Positions 10,890 through 21,215 are shown, numbered from the whole stretch's first letter. The stretch: 63,260 bases of DNA, filler included, from Octopus bimaculoides (GCF_001194135.2; 5 parts of 4 records of this genome joined end to end with filler, not necessarily neighbours in it); one strand, 5' to 3'. The notes: a model not told the origin generated them from the sequence alone. Translations and numbers: made by a program.

Positions 10890-13800
10890 CTGAAAATACA
10901 GAAAAAAAATATAAATGAAGAATGTTGCTAGTGCAACAACAAAATACAGTTTACAGAATTATACAAGTTGATAAAATGTTAACATACAACGTAATGAATT
11001 AAAAATAAGTTTCGATATATCATTTTATATGTACATATATGTATGTACACATACGTACATATCCATATCATACGTACACACACATACATACATACACATA
11101 TACACATGCATGCACACACATACATACATACATAGAATTAAGTGATAGCTATTTATCAACCATTTCTGGAACAATATTGGTTTACATATGATCAGTCAAC
11201 ATGTCTCTAAAACCAACATTATAAAATAAGGTATCGTTTAAGTACAAGCTTTAACAACCAAATTTTAAAGCCCATTGCATGAGTGAATACTAAATCATTA
11301 TTTGTAACCTGTTTTTGTAAGTTGACACAAAATATTTTAAAACACTTTATAAGATCCTCAGAGAGAAATTTGAAGATTTTAAATTAATTCTTTCTCTTGA
11401 TCAAAATTATTTTTGTAGAAAGAGAAAAACAGTACATCTTTCTAAAAATCAAAAATAAACTCATATCAGCAATGGTGAGTTGATCAAAATTTTAACTGCT
11501 CTGGAAATCATTAAGTTGCCTGTTTTGCTTTATTTATAATCTATCTGGTATGGTCCAAACAATATTTAGACAAAAAAAAAAAAAAAAAAAATATTAGAGG
11601 AACTGGTTTATATTGTAGATGTGTTAAGTCTAAAGAAGCATGATATTTGCCTAAAGAATCAGCAGAACCATTAAATAATATACTAACCATTTCGTCATCT
11701 GAGTCCTCTGAACTGCTGTCTCTATGAAATAAAGAAGCACCATTTGTTCTCAATATGTTTTTCATCAATTCATTGTTTTGATCATCAGCAAGGCAATATG
11801 CTGTCACACCACCAAATGTTACAGCATTAATATTTAGTTCTGGGTACTTGAAGAGTTGATAGACTAAAATTTTATCATTTGATTCAACAGCATAATGAAG
11901 AATAGTTCGACCACTTTTTCCATCCTGCAACAAAACAAAGAGTTCCATTGTACAAAACAAAGTAAAACAATAACTTATTAACATAAAAATTTTAAATCAC
12001 TAACTACAAATTATATAAATTTAAATGTTCTACCTAAATTTTTTTTTTTTCAATGGCAAAGGTGAAATCAAGTGTTTGTAAAACATCTGAAAACAGGATT
12101 CAATGAATTTAATAGTTTAGATTATAATATTGTATTTTTTATCTTTTAAATTGTGTGTATGTGTGCACTCGTGAGCATGTCATTTGATAGCAGTAAAATA
12201 AAATATTTGACCCTAAACTAACTAGGAAAGTAACATAAATTAATGATAACTACCATTCCTTTATGTAATTATAATAATTCAACAAGTTTCTAATCCCTTC
12301 AAATGAAAACAGAACTAGTAACTGATGAATTAACCATTTTTATAACTCAATCTTAAAGCATAAAAATATTCCAGTACCAGCAACTGTGCGTGTGTACATT
12401 AAAATACTCAATGTGTGTGTACAGTGTATTGCAAATATGAGTAAAGCAATGTGACATATCCGGAATGAGTAAATTACACGTACATGTCATGTGAGCTATC
12501 AAATAGATCATTAATAAGATTATTAATAAGCTACATGAAAATGGTTAAGACATTTACCTGTGTATTGATATTGGCACCAGCATAAAGCAAAATACTGACA
12601 GTAGGATATGGTTTACGGAGAGCAGCAAGATGAAGACTTGTCAAACCTGAAAACATAATCATTAATACTAAATCAATAAAACAAATATGTTAATAATTTC
12701 GTTTACATTCTTGCTATACAATGCACTAAAACTGTTTTAGTCCATTCTGCGTAGTTGCAAACAAATGTCATTTTATTGCATGCAATAAAATTCTTTTACT
12801 ACTCTAAGTTATTGGGCCAAGTTTAATGTTTAAATCGGTTTAATCTATTTTCTGTTTCAATTTGAAATTAAAAGGTAAACACTTTAAAAAATTAATAAAA
12901 CTTATAGAATCAACAGGATATAAATACTGGCTTGAACTAATTAGATACATGAATCATATCAAGAGTTTTTATAACTCACCGTCATAATTAAGCATATTCA
13001 GTGACTTTTTAATATTCTTGGCACCAAGCAACATTTTAACACATTCAAAGTCTCCATCCCGACAAGCTACATGTAAGGGAGTATTGCCATTATTGTCTCT
13101 AATATCGACCGACGCTCCATTTCTGACCAATAGATCAACGATATTATACTGTTTAGTAACAACAGCCAAGTGGAGGGGTGTCTGGAAAAGGTTGTTCTGT
13201 AAGTCAAGTAAATAACTGCAAGACGACATTCTGACATTTATTATGTAGTATTCTGCTAGATTGGCGTCACATTCAATAATAGCCATGTGCAAAACTCTGA
13301 AAATATAAAAATAATGCAATTTAAAATTATTTCAACACAAACACATTGATTAAAAAGATATTTACTAACAACGGTCACTTTTATAAACAACAATGTTAGA
13401 ACAATTTATTTTTTTCGTCTTGGTTTCAAAAGTTAATTTCACTTTTTTACATTTCCGCCTCTTAGTTTTTTGGGGTTTTTTTTCGCTCTAATCACACACT
13501 TCTGTAGTTGCTCAACCTGATCGAAACCACAGCGTTAAACCTCCCTCAAGCTGTAAACAGCATGAATTACCTAATCCCGCTAAAAAAAAAAGGGGGGGGG
13601 GCTTAATTTTTTTTTTTTAAACTTCAATTTTCCATGTTTGTAGCATAGATTCTGTAAAGCAACGGCTCATATATTATGTATGCAAACATTTTTCTGCATC
13701 AATTCCTACACATTCAAGGACTAAATCCTACGTACCTTGCATTTTAATTTCGAAAATTAATAACTAAATCCACCCACATAGTCAGGGAAATTTATTCTTG

Positions 13801-15310
13801 TAAATTAGTAAAAAATTTTCGAAGAAAACAGGGTTTTTCATTTTGTCAGATGTTGAACCTGTTTTATTTATGTCTAAGATTTTATATCAAGAATAATAAA
13901 TATTCAGTCCATTCTATCTTTTCCCTATACCCATACGCTGACGTTGATTTTGCTAGCGATAGCGACGTGGAGATTCGTGGTACTGACACAGGAACTGAGC
14001 CTCCTCTTTAGACTTACTTCTATGTATGCACATGACAAAGAGTACCAGATATACACAACCTTAGTTGTTTCAGCCCCAGTAGATCAGTAGGGAGACCCCT
14101 ACTGTAACATCAATGGCCAAAAGACCCCTGGAGAGAAATGGAACGGGTAGAGAAGAGCCATACGGACCCCCTGAAAACTACGAATATTTAATAATAAAAC
14201 AGAGGTCAGTGAACTGAACCAGGGTTGATGGAAGGATATTAATAGAGTTAAGAACAAGGACGACGACTAACGTAGTAGTAAAGAGAGGTTTAAATGACGA
14301 TAGATAATTTAAACTTTATTACAATCGTCGATCATTTTACTAATTTATTCATTAAAAAAAATGTAGTAATGATTGTCTTGTTAATTTGGGTCCGAGCCAA
14401 GTCCTAACGTCACTAGACATATGAGGCATTATAACAGTACAACAAGGAACAGGAGATATTATCTGATACAAGGATGAAGTGACATAAATTTGTAAAACCA
14501 TTTATCATAATTTGTTAAAATAGGAAAATATAAAAATAAATAAAATCCGGATTGAAAAGGAAAAATCAGAAAAAGCTGGTTAAAGGTCACACAAATGTTA
14601 GTCATGTGACATGAATTGACCAATCAGAACGAACGGAATTTCCCAGTGATATTTTTATGAAGTAAAAAAAAAACCCATAAATTTTGTGTAGGTGTGTGTG
14701 TGTGTGTGAGTGAGTGCGTTATGCTGATTATGTGTGTGTTTATGTATTGCATATGTGTGGATGCCTGTGTATATCGACATTGTGAGTGAATATAGATATT
14801 AACACGTATACAATAAGTATATAAGTTACATAGATGTACAAATATGTATGTGTGTACCTTTACCAATTTACGAAATATATCAACATAATATTTTAAAAAT
14901 AGATATCAATAAATTAAAACTTACGAATCTCCGTCTTCATCTTGATTATATAAGTCATCAACGTTAGACTGAGTAAAAAATCCATCGTCCTGTTCATCAT
15001 GAGCGATAATAGTAGATGATGTTGATATTGATGAAGGTGGTTTAGCTTCAGATGTTGGTTTACAAACTGAGGCCTGGATAAATTCTTTACAGTCGCCAGT
15101 CTCAGGGATAGCAGCCAAGTCAGACTTGGGGAATTCGTTACATGAATTCCCCGATGATGGTCTTTCTTCTATGTCCACCGAACCGCTTGAAGATGCAGAA
15201 TAATTGCTACAGTAAGCAGAATCGAATGACTGAGAGTCGACATTTATTTTCTTGAAGTTTCTCTCAAGACGAAGAATGTCATCTCGTAGTTCCACCTCGG
15301 CGCAATCCAT
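10848..15310 (-). CDS. NFKBIA: NF-kappaB inhibitor IkappaB (IkBalpha/cactus-like), 5 coding exons: 15310-14925, 13296-12980, 12646-12558, 11924-11688, 10889-10848; 356 aa
   Basis: Exons join in frame via GT-AG sites (386+317+89+237+42=1071 nt). The product has N-terminal K20/K21 + DSAYCS (S31/S35), six ankyrin repeats (DGDSVLHMAII, LFQTPLHLAVV, NGNTPLHVAC, DGLTSLHLAA, SGRTILHYAV, GGVTAYCLA) and acidic PEST DSSSEDSDDEM, which is the IkBalpha/cactus architecture. Exact paralog name needs phylogeny. Confidence 0.95.
11688..11924 (-). CDS. NFKBIA: IkappaB exon 4 (ANK5, ANK6, PEST)
   Basis: Acceptor ttgcAG 11926-11925; DGKSGRTILHYAVES...DSSSEDSDDEM (79 codons); donor GTTAGT at 11687. Confidence 0.93.
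12558..12646 (-). CDS. NFKBIA: IkappaB exon 3 (ANK4), absent from the ORF track
   Basis: Acceptor ttttcAG 12648-12647; GLTSLHLAALRKPYPTVSILLYAGANINTQ; donor GTAAAT at 12557; phases match both neighbours. Confidence 0.92.
12980..13296 (-). CDS. NFKBIA: IkappaB exon 2 (ANK1-ANK3)
   Basis: Acceptor ttttcAG at 13298-13297 completes the Ser codon, then VLHMAII...LNYD-G; donor GTGAGT at 12979. Confidence 0.95.
14090..14099 (+). promoter_or_regulatory. NF-kappaB consensus site GGGAGACCCC in IkappaB intron 1
   Basis: Matches GGGRNWYYCC; embedded in the palindrome CAGTAGGG-AGAC-CCCTACTG. Confidence 0.45.
14635..14644 (-). promoter_or_regulatory. Canonical NF-kappaB site GGGAAATTCC in IkappaB intron 1
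   Basis: Plus strand GGAATTTCCC; exact match to GGGRNWYYCC. Confidence 0.6.
14925..15310 (-). CDS. NFKBIA: IkappaB exon 1 (signal-response domain, start of ANK1)
   Basis: ATG at 15310 (MDCAEVELRDD...); ends ...DEDGD-TC followed by donor GTAAGT (14924-14919). Confidence 0.9.
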
Positions 15311-15498
15311 GATTGAATAGAAATTAGGCCAAACCACGAAAAACTAATTGTGAAAAGATAGAAATCTGCAGCAAACCTGTATACGATATAAAATACACAG
15401 ACTGCAAAATAAAAAGTGCAGTAAAGTAGGTTAATAAACCAGTCCTGAATTAAGTCCTATAAGGCGTGCGTAATGATTTTTCTACTGTCTTTCTGGTA

Positions 15499-15569
15499 CA
15501 GCAATGATTATGAAAACGACAGATTTGCTTTTTATATAGGTCTGAAAATAATATATGTAGGGAAAAACC
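15499..15569 (-). promoter_or_regulatory. Predicted IkappaB core promoter: kappaB/Dorsal-type site, TATA box, Inr-like start
   Basis: GGGAAAAACC at 15560-15569; TATAAAAA on minus 15536-15529; TCATTGC with A at 15505, exactly 31 nt downstream of the TATA; no upstream ATG in the resulting 195-nt 5'UTR. Confidence 0.65.
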
Positions 15570-16005
15570 AAAGAAAAACAAGCATAATGATTGGATGACT
15601 GCTTCTCCTCCTACTACCATTATAACTAATACCTCTCCTCTCCTCTCTCAATGCTTTATCTTTTCCCTCCCACTTTCTGTTATTTCCAATTCTTCACAAC
15701 TGTTATTTCCCGTGCTGGGTAATTTATGATTATTTTAGGATTTCCTTATCGACAACAATAATTTTACCTATATTTTCCCTTGTTAAGTGAATGCCGACCT
15801 GAATCACTGGAAATATTCTTAAAAGAGAAACGAAATAAATTGTCATTCATTTTTCCTTACTTTGCATAGTTCATTATTACCTATGATTTCCTTTTATTCG
15901 TTAAACTTGTAAATTTTACCCATTTAATTATATTTTTTTTTAGATTGTAGAAGTGTGATTCGAGAAATCACATAGAGGTTCATTCGAAGATGTGATTAGC
16001 CTATG

Positions 16006-16047
<42 letters not shown>

Positions 16048-16065
16048 TGCGTGCGTGTGCATGTC

Positions 16066-16218
16066 CATTTTTATGTTCTAAGTTCAAATTCCACCGGGGT
16101 CGACTTTGTATTTCTTCCTTTCGAGGTCGAAAAAATTCGTACCAATTGAGTATTGGTGTCGATGTAATCGATTTACACCCTCTCCTGAAATTGCTTGTGC
16201 CAAAATTTGAAACCAACA
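16066..16218 (+). mobile_element. Family B SINE (tail type 2), 5'-truncated
   Basis: gttcaaattccaccggggtcgac...gtcgatgtaatcga...cttgtgccaaaatttgaaacc. Confidence 0.8.
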
Positions 16219-16267
16219 TCTACTAGAAGCAACAGAGTCACTCAAGGGCCGAGAGTTTCATGCCTCT

Positions 16268-16461
16268 CTACTATAAGCACAAAGCCTGAAATTTTGATGG
16301 AGAGACTAGTCGATTGAATTCACCCCAGTGATCGACTAGTACTTATTTCCTCAGCCCTGAAAAGATAAAAGGCAAAGTCGTCTTTGGCAGAATTTGAACT
16401 CAGAACGTAAAGACAGACGAAATGCCTCTTAGCATGTTGTCCAGAGTGCCAACGGTTCTGC
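16268..16461 (-). mobile_element. Family B SINE (tail type 2)
   Basis: Plus strand aaaggcaaagtcg..ggcagaatttgaactcagaacg; inverted relative to 16066-16218. Confidence 0.8.
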
Positions 16462-16499
16462 TGCTCGCTGCGTTCCAAGTAGGAAAAAATATTATATAT

Positions 16500-16663
16500 T
16501 TTGCTTATCAACCACATGGTTCTGGGCTCATTCCCACTGCGTGGCACCTTGGGCAAGTGTCTTCCACTGTAGCCTCGGGCCGACCAAAGCCTTGTGAGTG
16601 GATTTGGTAGACGGAAACTGAAAGAAGCCTGTCGTATATATGTATGTATATATATATATATAT
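16500..16663 (+). mobile_element. Family C SINE running into a gap at its internal microsatellite
   Basis: aaccacatggttctggg..actgcgtggcaccttgggcaagtgtctt..ggtagacggaaactgaaagaagcc. Confidence 0.85.
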
Positions 16664-17447
16664 NNNNNNNNNNNNNNNNNNNNNNNNNNNNNNNNNNNNN
16701 NNNNNNNNNNNNNNNNNNNNNNNNNNNNNNNNNNNNNNNNNNNNNNNNNNNNNNNNNNNNNNNNNNNNNNNNNNNNNNNNNNNNNNNNNNNNNNNNNNNN
16801 NNNNNNNNNNNNNNNNNNNNNNNNNNNNNNNNNNNNNNNNNNNNNNNNNNNNNNNNNNNNNNNNNNNNNNNNNNNNNNNNNNNNNNNNNNNNNNNNNNNN
16901 NNNNNNNNNNNNNNNNNNNNNNNNNNNNNNNNNNNNNNNNNNNNNNNNNNNNNNNNNNNNNNNNNNNNNNNNNNNNNNNNNNNNNNNNNNNNNNNNNNNN
17001 NNNNNNNNNNNNNNNNNNNNNNNNNNNNNNNNNNNNNNNNNNNNNNNNNNNNNNNNNNNNNNNNNNNNNNNNNNNNNNNNNNNNNNNNNNNNNNNNNNNN
17101 NNNNNNNNNNNNNNNNNNNNNNNNNNNNNNNNNNNNNNNNNNNNNNNNNNNNNNNNNNNNNNNNNNNNNNNNNNNNNNNNNNNNNNNNNNNNNNNNNNNN
17201 NNNNNNNNNNNNNNNNNNNNNNNNNNNNNNNNNNNNNNNNNNNNNNNNNNNNNNNNNNNNNNNNNNNNNNNNNNNNNNNNNNNNNNNNNNNNNNNNNNNN
17301 NNNNNNNNNNNNNNNNNNNNNNNNNNNNNNAAAAGATTACATGTTGACCTTTTAGTTCATACCAGTAGATTAAATAAATGGAGTTATCTTATTTTTATTT
17401 TTGTGTGCGTGAAATAAATAAGGTAGAATATATATATGTATTCCCGG

Positions 17448-17745
17448 ACCTGGTTGTGTGTTGTAATCATGAGCAAGACACTTTATATAATATTGCTCCA
17501 GTTCACTCAGTTGTAGAAAGGAGTTGCGGCATCACTGGTGCCAAGCTGTATCGGCTTTTGCCTTTCCCTTGGATAACATCAGTGGTGTGGAGAGGGGAGA
17601 CTGGTATGCATGGGTGACTGCTGGTCTTCCATAAACAACCTTGTCCAGGACTAGTGCCTCGAAGGGTAACTTTCTCGCTGCAATCCCATGGTCAAAGGAC
17701 AATACAGCTTGGCACCAGTGATACCACAACTCCTTTCTACAGCTG
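17448..17745 (+). mobile_element. tRNA-derived SINE, family D, followed by an inverted 44-bp fragment of itself
   Basis: gagcaagacactttat..ggtgccaagctgtatc..cccttggataacatc..ccataaacaaccttg; homologous to 31742-32053 (minus). Confidence 0.8.
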
Positions 17746-17984
17746 GCGCAAAAGTTTTGTTCTAAAGACACTGGTATTTTAATCAAAATGAAACTGCAAA
17801 TTTTTATCACAAACTGTACATAATTTATCAGTCTCACACACACACACACACACACAGNNNNNNNNNNNNNNNNNNNNNNNNNNNNNNNNNNNNNNNNNNN
17901 NNNNNNNNNNNNNNNNNNNNNNNNNNNNNNNNNNNNNNNNNNNNNNNNNNATAAATGAGTTAAACACAGGTGTTATTCAAATTC

Positions 17985-18083
17985 TTTTACTTCCGACATA
18001 GGTTTTGAAGACAACATTGGTATTATTCCAAAAGGAATAAAATGGTGTTAAACAATGCAATCTTCTCATCAGGAAAAGAAACC
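17985..18083 (-). ncRNA. Type I hammerhead ribozyme motif, probably inactivated (G12A), in a Penelope-like 3' region
   Basis: Minus: CTGATGA (18072-18066), 13-bp stem II (18065-18053 / 18019-18007), AAAA in place of GAAA, C-CTAT-G stem III, TC site, stem I ttttc/ggaag. Confidence 0.7.
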
Positions 18084-18364
18084 AAACACATCAATAAGAC
18101 ATTTCAACAGAATATGATGAAGGGAACGCTATCAAGTTTAAAAAAAAAAAAAAAAAACATTAGTAGATATAACGTCAAAGGTAGCCTGTAGAAAGAGAAA
18201 GAAATTAGCAGAAAACTAAGAGTGGAGAGATATAGAGCGATAGGTGAATTAGAATAAAGTTTAAAAGCATGGAAGTAGATATATTCAGTGGAAGTGCAAC
18301 GTAAGAAGACAGTCAAAGGTTGAATTTTATAGAAAGGTAGAAATCACTTATAGGAATTAAAGGT

Positions 18365-18720
18365 ACGTTTCTGCCAATGTTTACAACGATAAACGCATTC
18401 TATAAACGTGTTTACAAGGGGAATCTTTGAGAATAGGGTAAAAAACATTTCAACTATTACAAAGCAAGCAAAAAGATTTACCTTTATCATAAGGTACAGT
18501 AATGGAGAGAATATTCCATTCCAAATTAAATTGTTTATGATCTTTTAGATACCAGATTAATTTACTAAGCCCAGTATTGTTACATTTATTGATATGCTTA
18601 AATGTAGAGTAATAATTAGATATTCTTTTGGACAACTGAGATGAAGAACTACCTATATAAAAAAAGACGTCAGAACCGGAAGTAATTTTACATTGATAAA
18701 TAGAGTTTCTAGTCTTAGAA
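18365..18720 (-). mobile_element. Penelope-like element GIY-YIG endonuclease fossil
   Basis: NSIYQCKITSGSDVFFYIGSSSSQLSKRISNYYSTF..TGLSKLIWYLKD..WNIL..PY..FCLLCNS, then LVN..ECVYRCKH. Confidence 0.85.
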
Positions 18721-18900
18721 TTACTGCTAAGAAAACGAATGTGATTGGAGTTGACTTCAGAAACAATAACCCCGCTGTTCTTATTATTTCAAGAATGGTC
18801 AGTGTTAACAAATTTTTGCTATCCTGGTAACTGTTTATTTACTTTTTCTGCATTATTTGTAAACACTGGAAAAAAACACACAAGTATATATATATATATA

Positions 18901-19238
18901 TATTTCCATCCTGCCCTCCACTTCTCCTGTACTGTCTCTGACACCTCTGTCCCCTTTCTCGACATTTCGGTCAGCATCCTCCACTCCGCCCTTAGCACCT
19001 CCATCCACTACAAACACACAGACTCACACTCCTATCTCAACTTCTCCTCCTCCCACCCTAGACACACAAAACTTTCCATCCCCTATTCCCAATTCCTCCG
19101 TCTACGCAGACTTTGTAGCGACAGCCATGACTTTGAGACTCAGTCTCAACTCATGGCTCACCACTTTAGCCTGCGTGGATATCCACCCACCACCATCCAC
19201 ACCGCCCTTGCCAGAGCACGTTCTGTGGACCGTGCATC
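18901..19238 (+). mobile_element. Penelope-like element RT C-terminal/thumb fragment, cut by a gap
   Basis: FHPALHF..SVPFLDISV..TSIHYKHTDSHSYLNFSSSHPRHTKLSIPYSQFLRLRRLCS..RGYP. Confidence 0.9.
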
Positions 19239-19282
19239 NNNNNNNNNNNNNNNNNNNNNNNNNNNNNNNNNNNNNNNNNNNN

Positions 19283-19294
19283 TTAATTAATTAA
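19283..19294. other. Assembly spacer TTAATTAATTAA inside N runs (also 41128-41139, 51287-51298, 58700-58711)
   Basis: Identical 12-mer with stops in all six frames, centred in N runs (44N+12+44N at 19239-19338). Artificial scaffold join. Confidence 0.9.
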
Positions 19295-19899
19295 NNNNNN
19301 NNNNNNNNNNNNNNNNNNNNNNNNNNNNNNNNNNNNNNATATATATATATATATATATATACATAAATGTGTGTGTGTGTGTGTGTGCATACAGAGTGCA
19401 GCAAACAAGCCATGTCACTTTATTTATGTAGAATTCGTAATGCTGGTAGTTTGTACGAATGTACTTGCATTACTGCTACGTGAATTTTGTATGTGACTAT
19501 TAACTCTGTTTTTAGCTCCAAACACGTGTTTTTTTTTATGTCTAATTTTCATTTCATTTCCAATATCACGACTTCGCACTAAATGCATATAAAAATGACT
19601 GGCTTAGACACAAGAATAAACTTTATAAAAGGACACGAATGTCTGTAATGTCTTCAAAGAACACATACGGAACTAGAAGCTTTTTATAATCATACAGATA
19701 TTACATTACATGTACAAGCATGAAATTAAGAGTTGACATGATGGGTTCACAGATTAAAGAATTTAGTTTCAGATTCATTCCATGACAGGAGAGTGCAGAA
19801 AATTCCTTTACAAAAGAAGTAAAAGATGTGCATACATTCATGCATACATACGTGCGTACGTACGTTCATACATACACAATATATAAAGACATAAAAGCA

Positions 19900-20112
19900 T
19901 AGCTATGCTGAACTATTGAGAAATCTGCAGTTACTCAATCCAGATTACAAGTTCAGGTTTACACCTGTAGTTATTAGGGCCCTGGGATATGTAACACACT
20001 GCCTAAATACCAATCTTGAGAAATTAGGCTTCTCAAAACCAGAAAGGAGAAAGCTAATCCAGTCCATTATTGGAACTGTAAAAATCTGTAAAACTTTCCA
20101 GAAGTTTATCAT
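19900..20112 (+). mobile_element. Non-LTR retrotransposon restriction-like endonuclease C-terminus
   Basis: RNLQLLNPDYKFRFTPVVIRALGYV..LEKLGF..IIGTVKICKTF resembles the RLE tail PIxIGALG...GTxxIxK. Confidence 0.7.
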
Positions 20113-20717
20113 GTAAATATATATGAGCATGTCTAGATATATACATAAAACATACAAATCTTCATATACATACATACATACATACATACATACATGCATA
20201 CATACATACATACATACATGCATGCATGCATACATACATACATACATGCATACATGCATACATACACTCATACATACATACATACATGCATGCATGCATG
20301 CATACATACATACATATATGCATGTGTGTGTGTGTGCATGCGTGTGTGTATGCATGTATATCTGTATGTTTATGTGTGAATATGTATGTATATGCATGTA
20401 TATATATACACATGCATATACATACATATATACACATAAACATACACATATACATGCGTACACACACACATGCACGCACACACAGGCATGTGTATGGATT
20501 TCGGTTACCCAGACAGATAAACATATGTGCATGTGCGTAAGAACACGTCTGAAACAGGTATAATATATGTAACAGTTGCATTCATGAAATGCGCAATTCT
20601 AGGAATGCAGTTATATCTGCACAGCGATAGATATTTCTGCCAAGCGTTTTGTTGAGAAATGATTGGAAAGTTACTATGGAAAGATACATTCGTCATATGG
20701 AAAATGCAATAGAATTA

Positions 20718-20748
<31 letters not shown>

Positions 20749-21153
20749 CTGAGCTACCCGGCAGAATTGTTAATTATTAATTTTATTACTAATTGATGAT
20801 TTCCCTGCCCTGCATATCAATATATATATATATATATATATACATACACACATACACACACACACAGACACACATAATTGAAAGATCGAACTGTAAAGTA
20901 TTAAAGAAACAGCATAGAAGAGAAACTAGTAAAATAATTCTGTAACGTGATGGGTACAGAGCAGCGAGGGAATGACGAAAAAGTCACGTTAGCTAACACA
21001 AGCGCACATTAACTGTAGGGTCAGGCCGTTAAATCGTCTCTGTAGCGACATCAGTTCTTTGTTCCTCCAACGTGCGCTGTAGATTCCTTCTCTCTCTTTC
21101 TCTTGGATCCCCTCTCTCCTTAATGTCCTCTACATACAACAACGCACTTGCTT

Positions 21154-21185
<32 letters not shown>

Positions 21186-21215
21186 CGTTTCTCTTTCCGT
21201 TTCTCTTTCTTTCTG

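Noticed and set aside
15311-15337. ORF-track start MVWPNFYSI for IkappaB
   Set aside because: It begins at GTG; the first ATG is 15310 and gives IkBalpha-like K/S numbering.
19239-19338. Recurrent TTAATTAATTAA motif between N runs (four times)
   Set aside because: Artificial six-frame-stop scaffold spacer, not biology; adjacency across these joins is less reliable.
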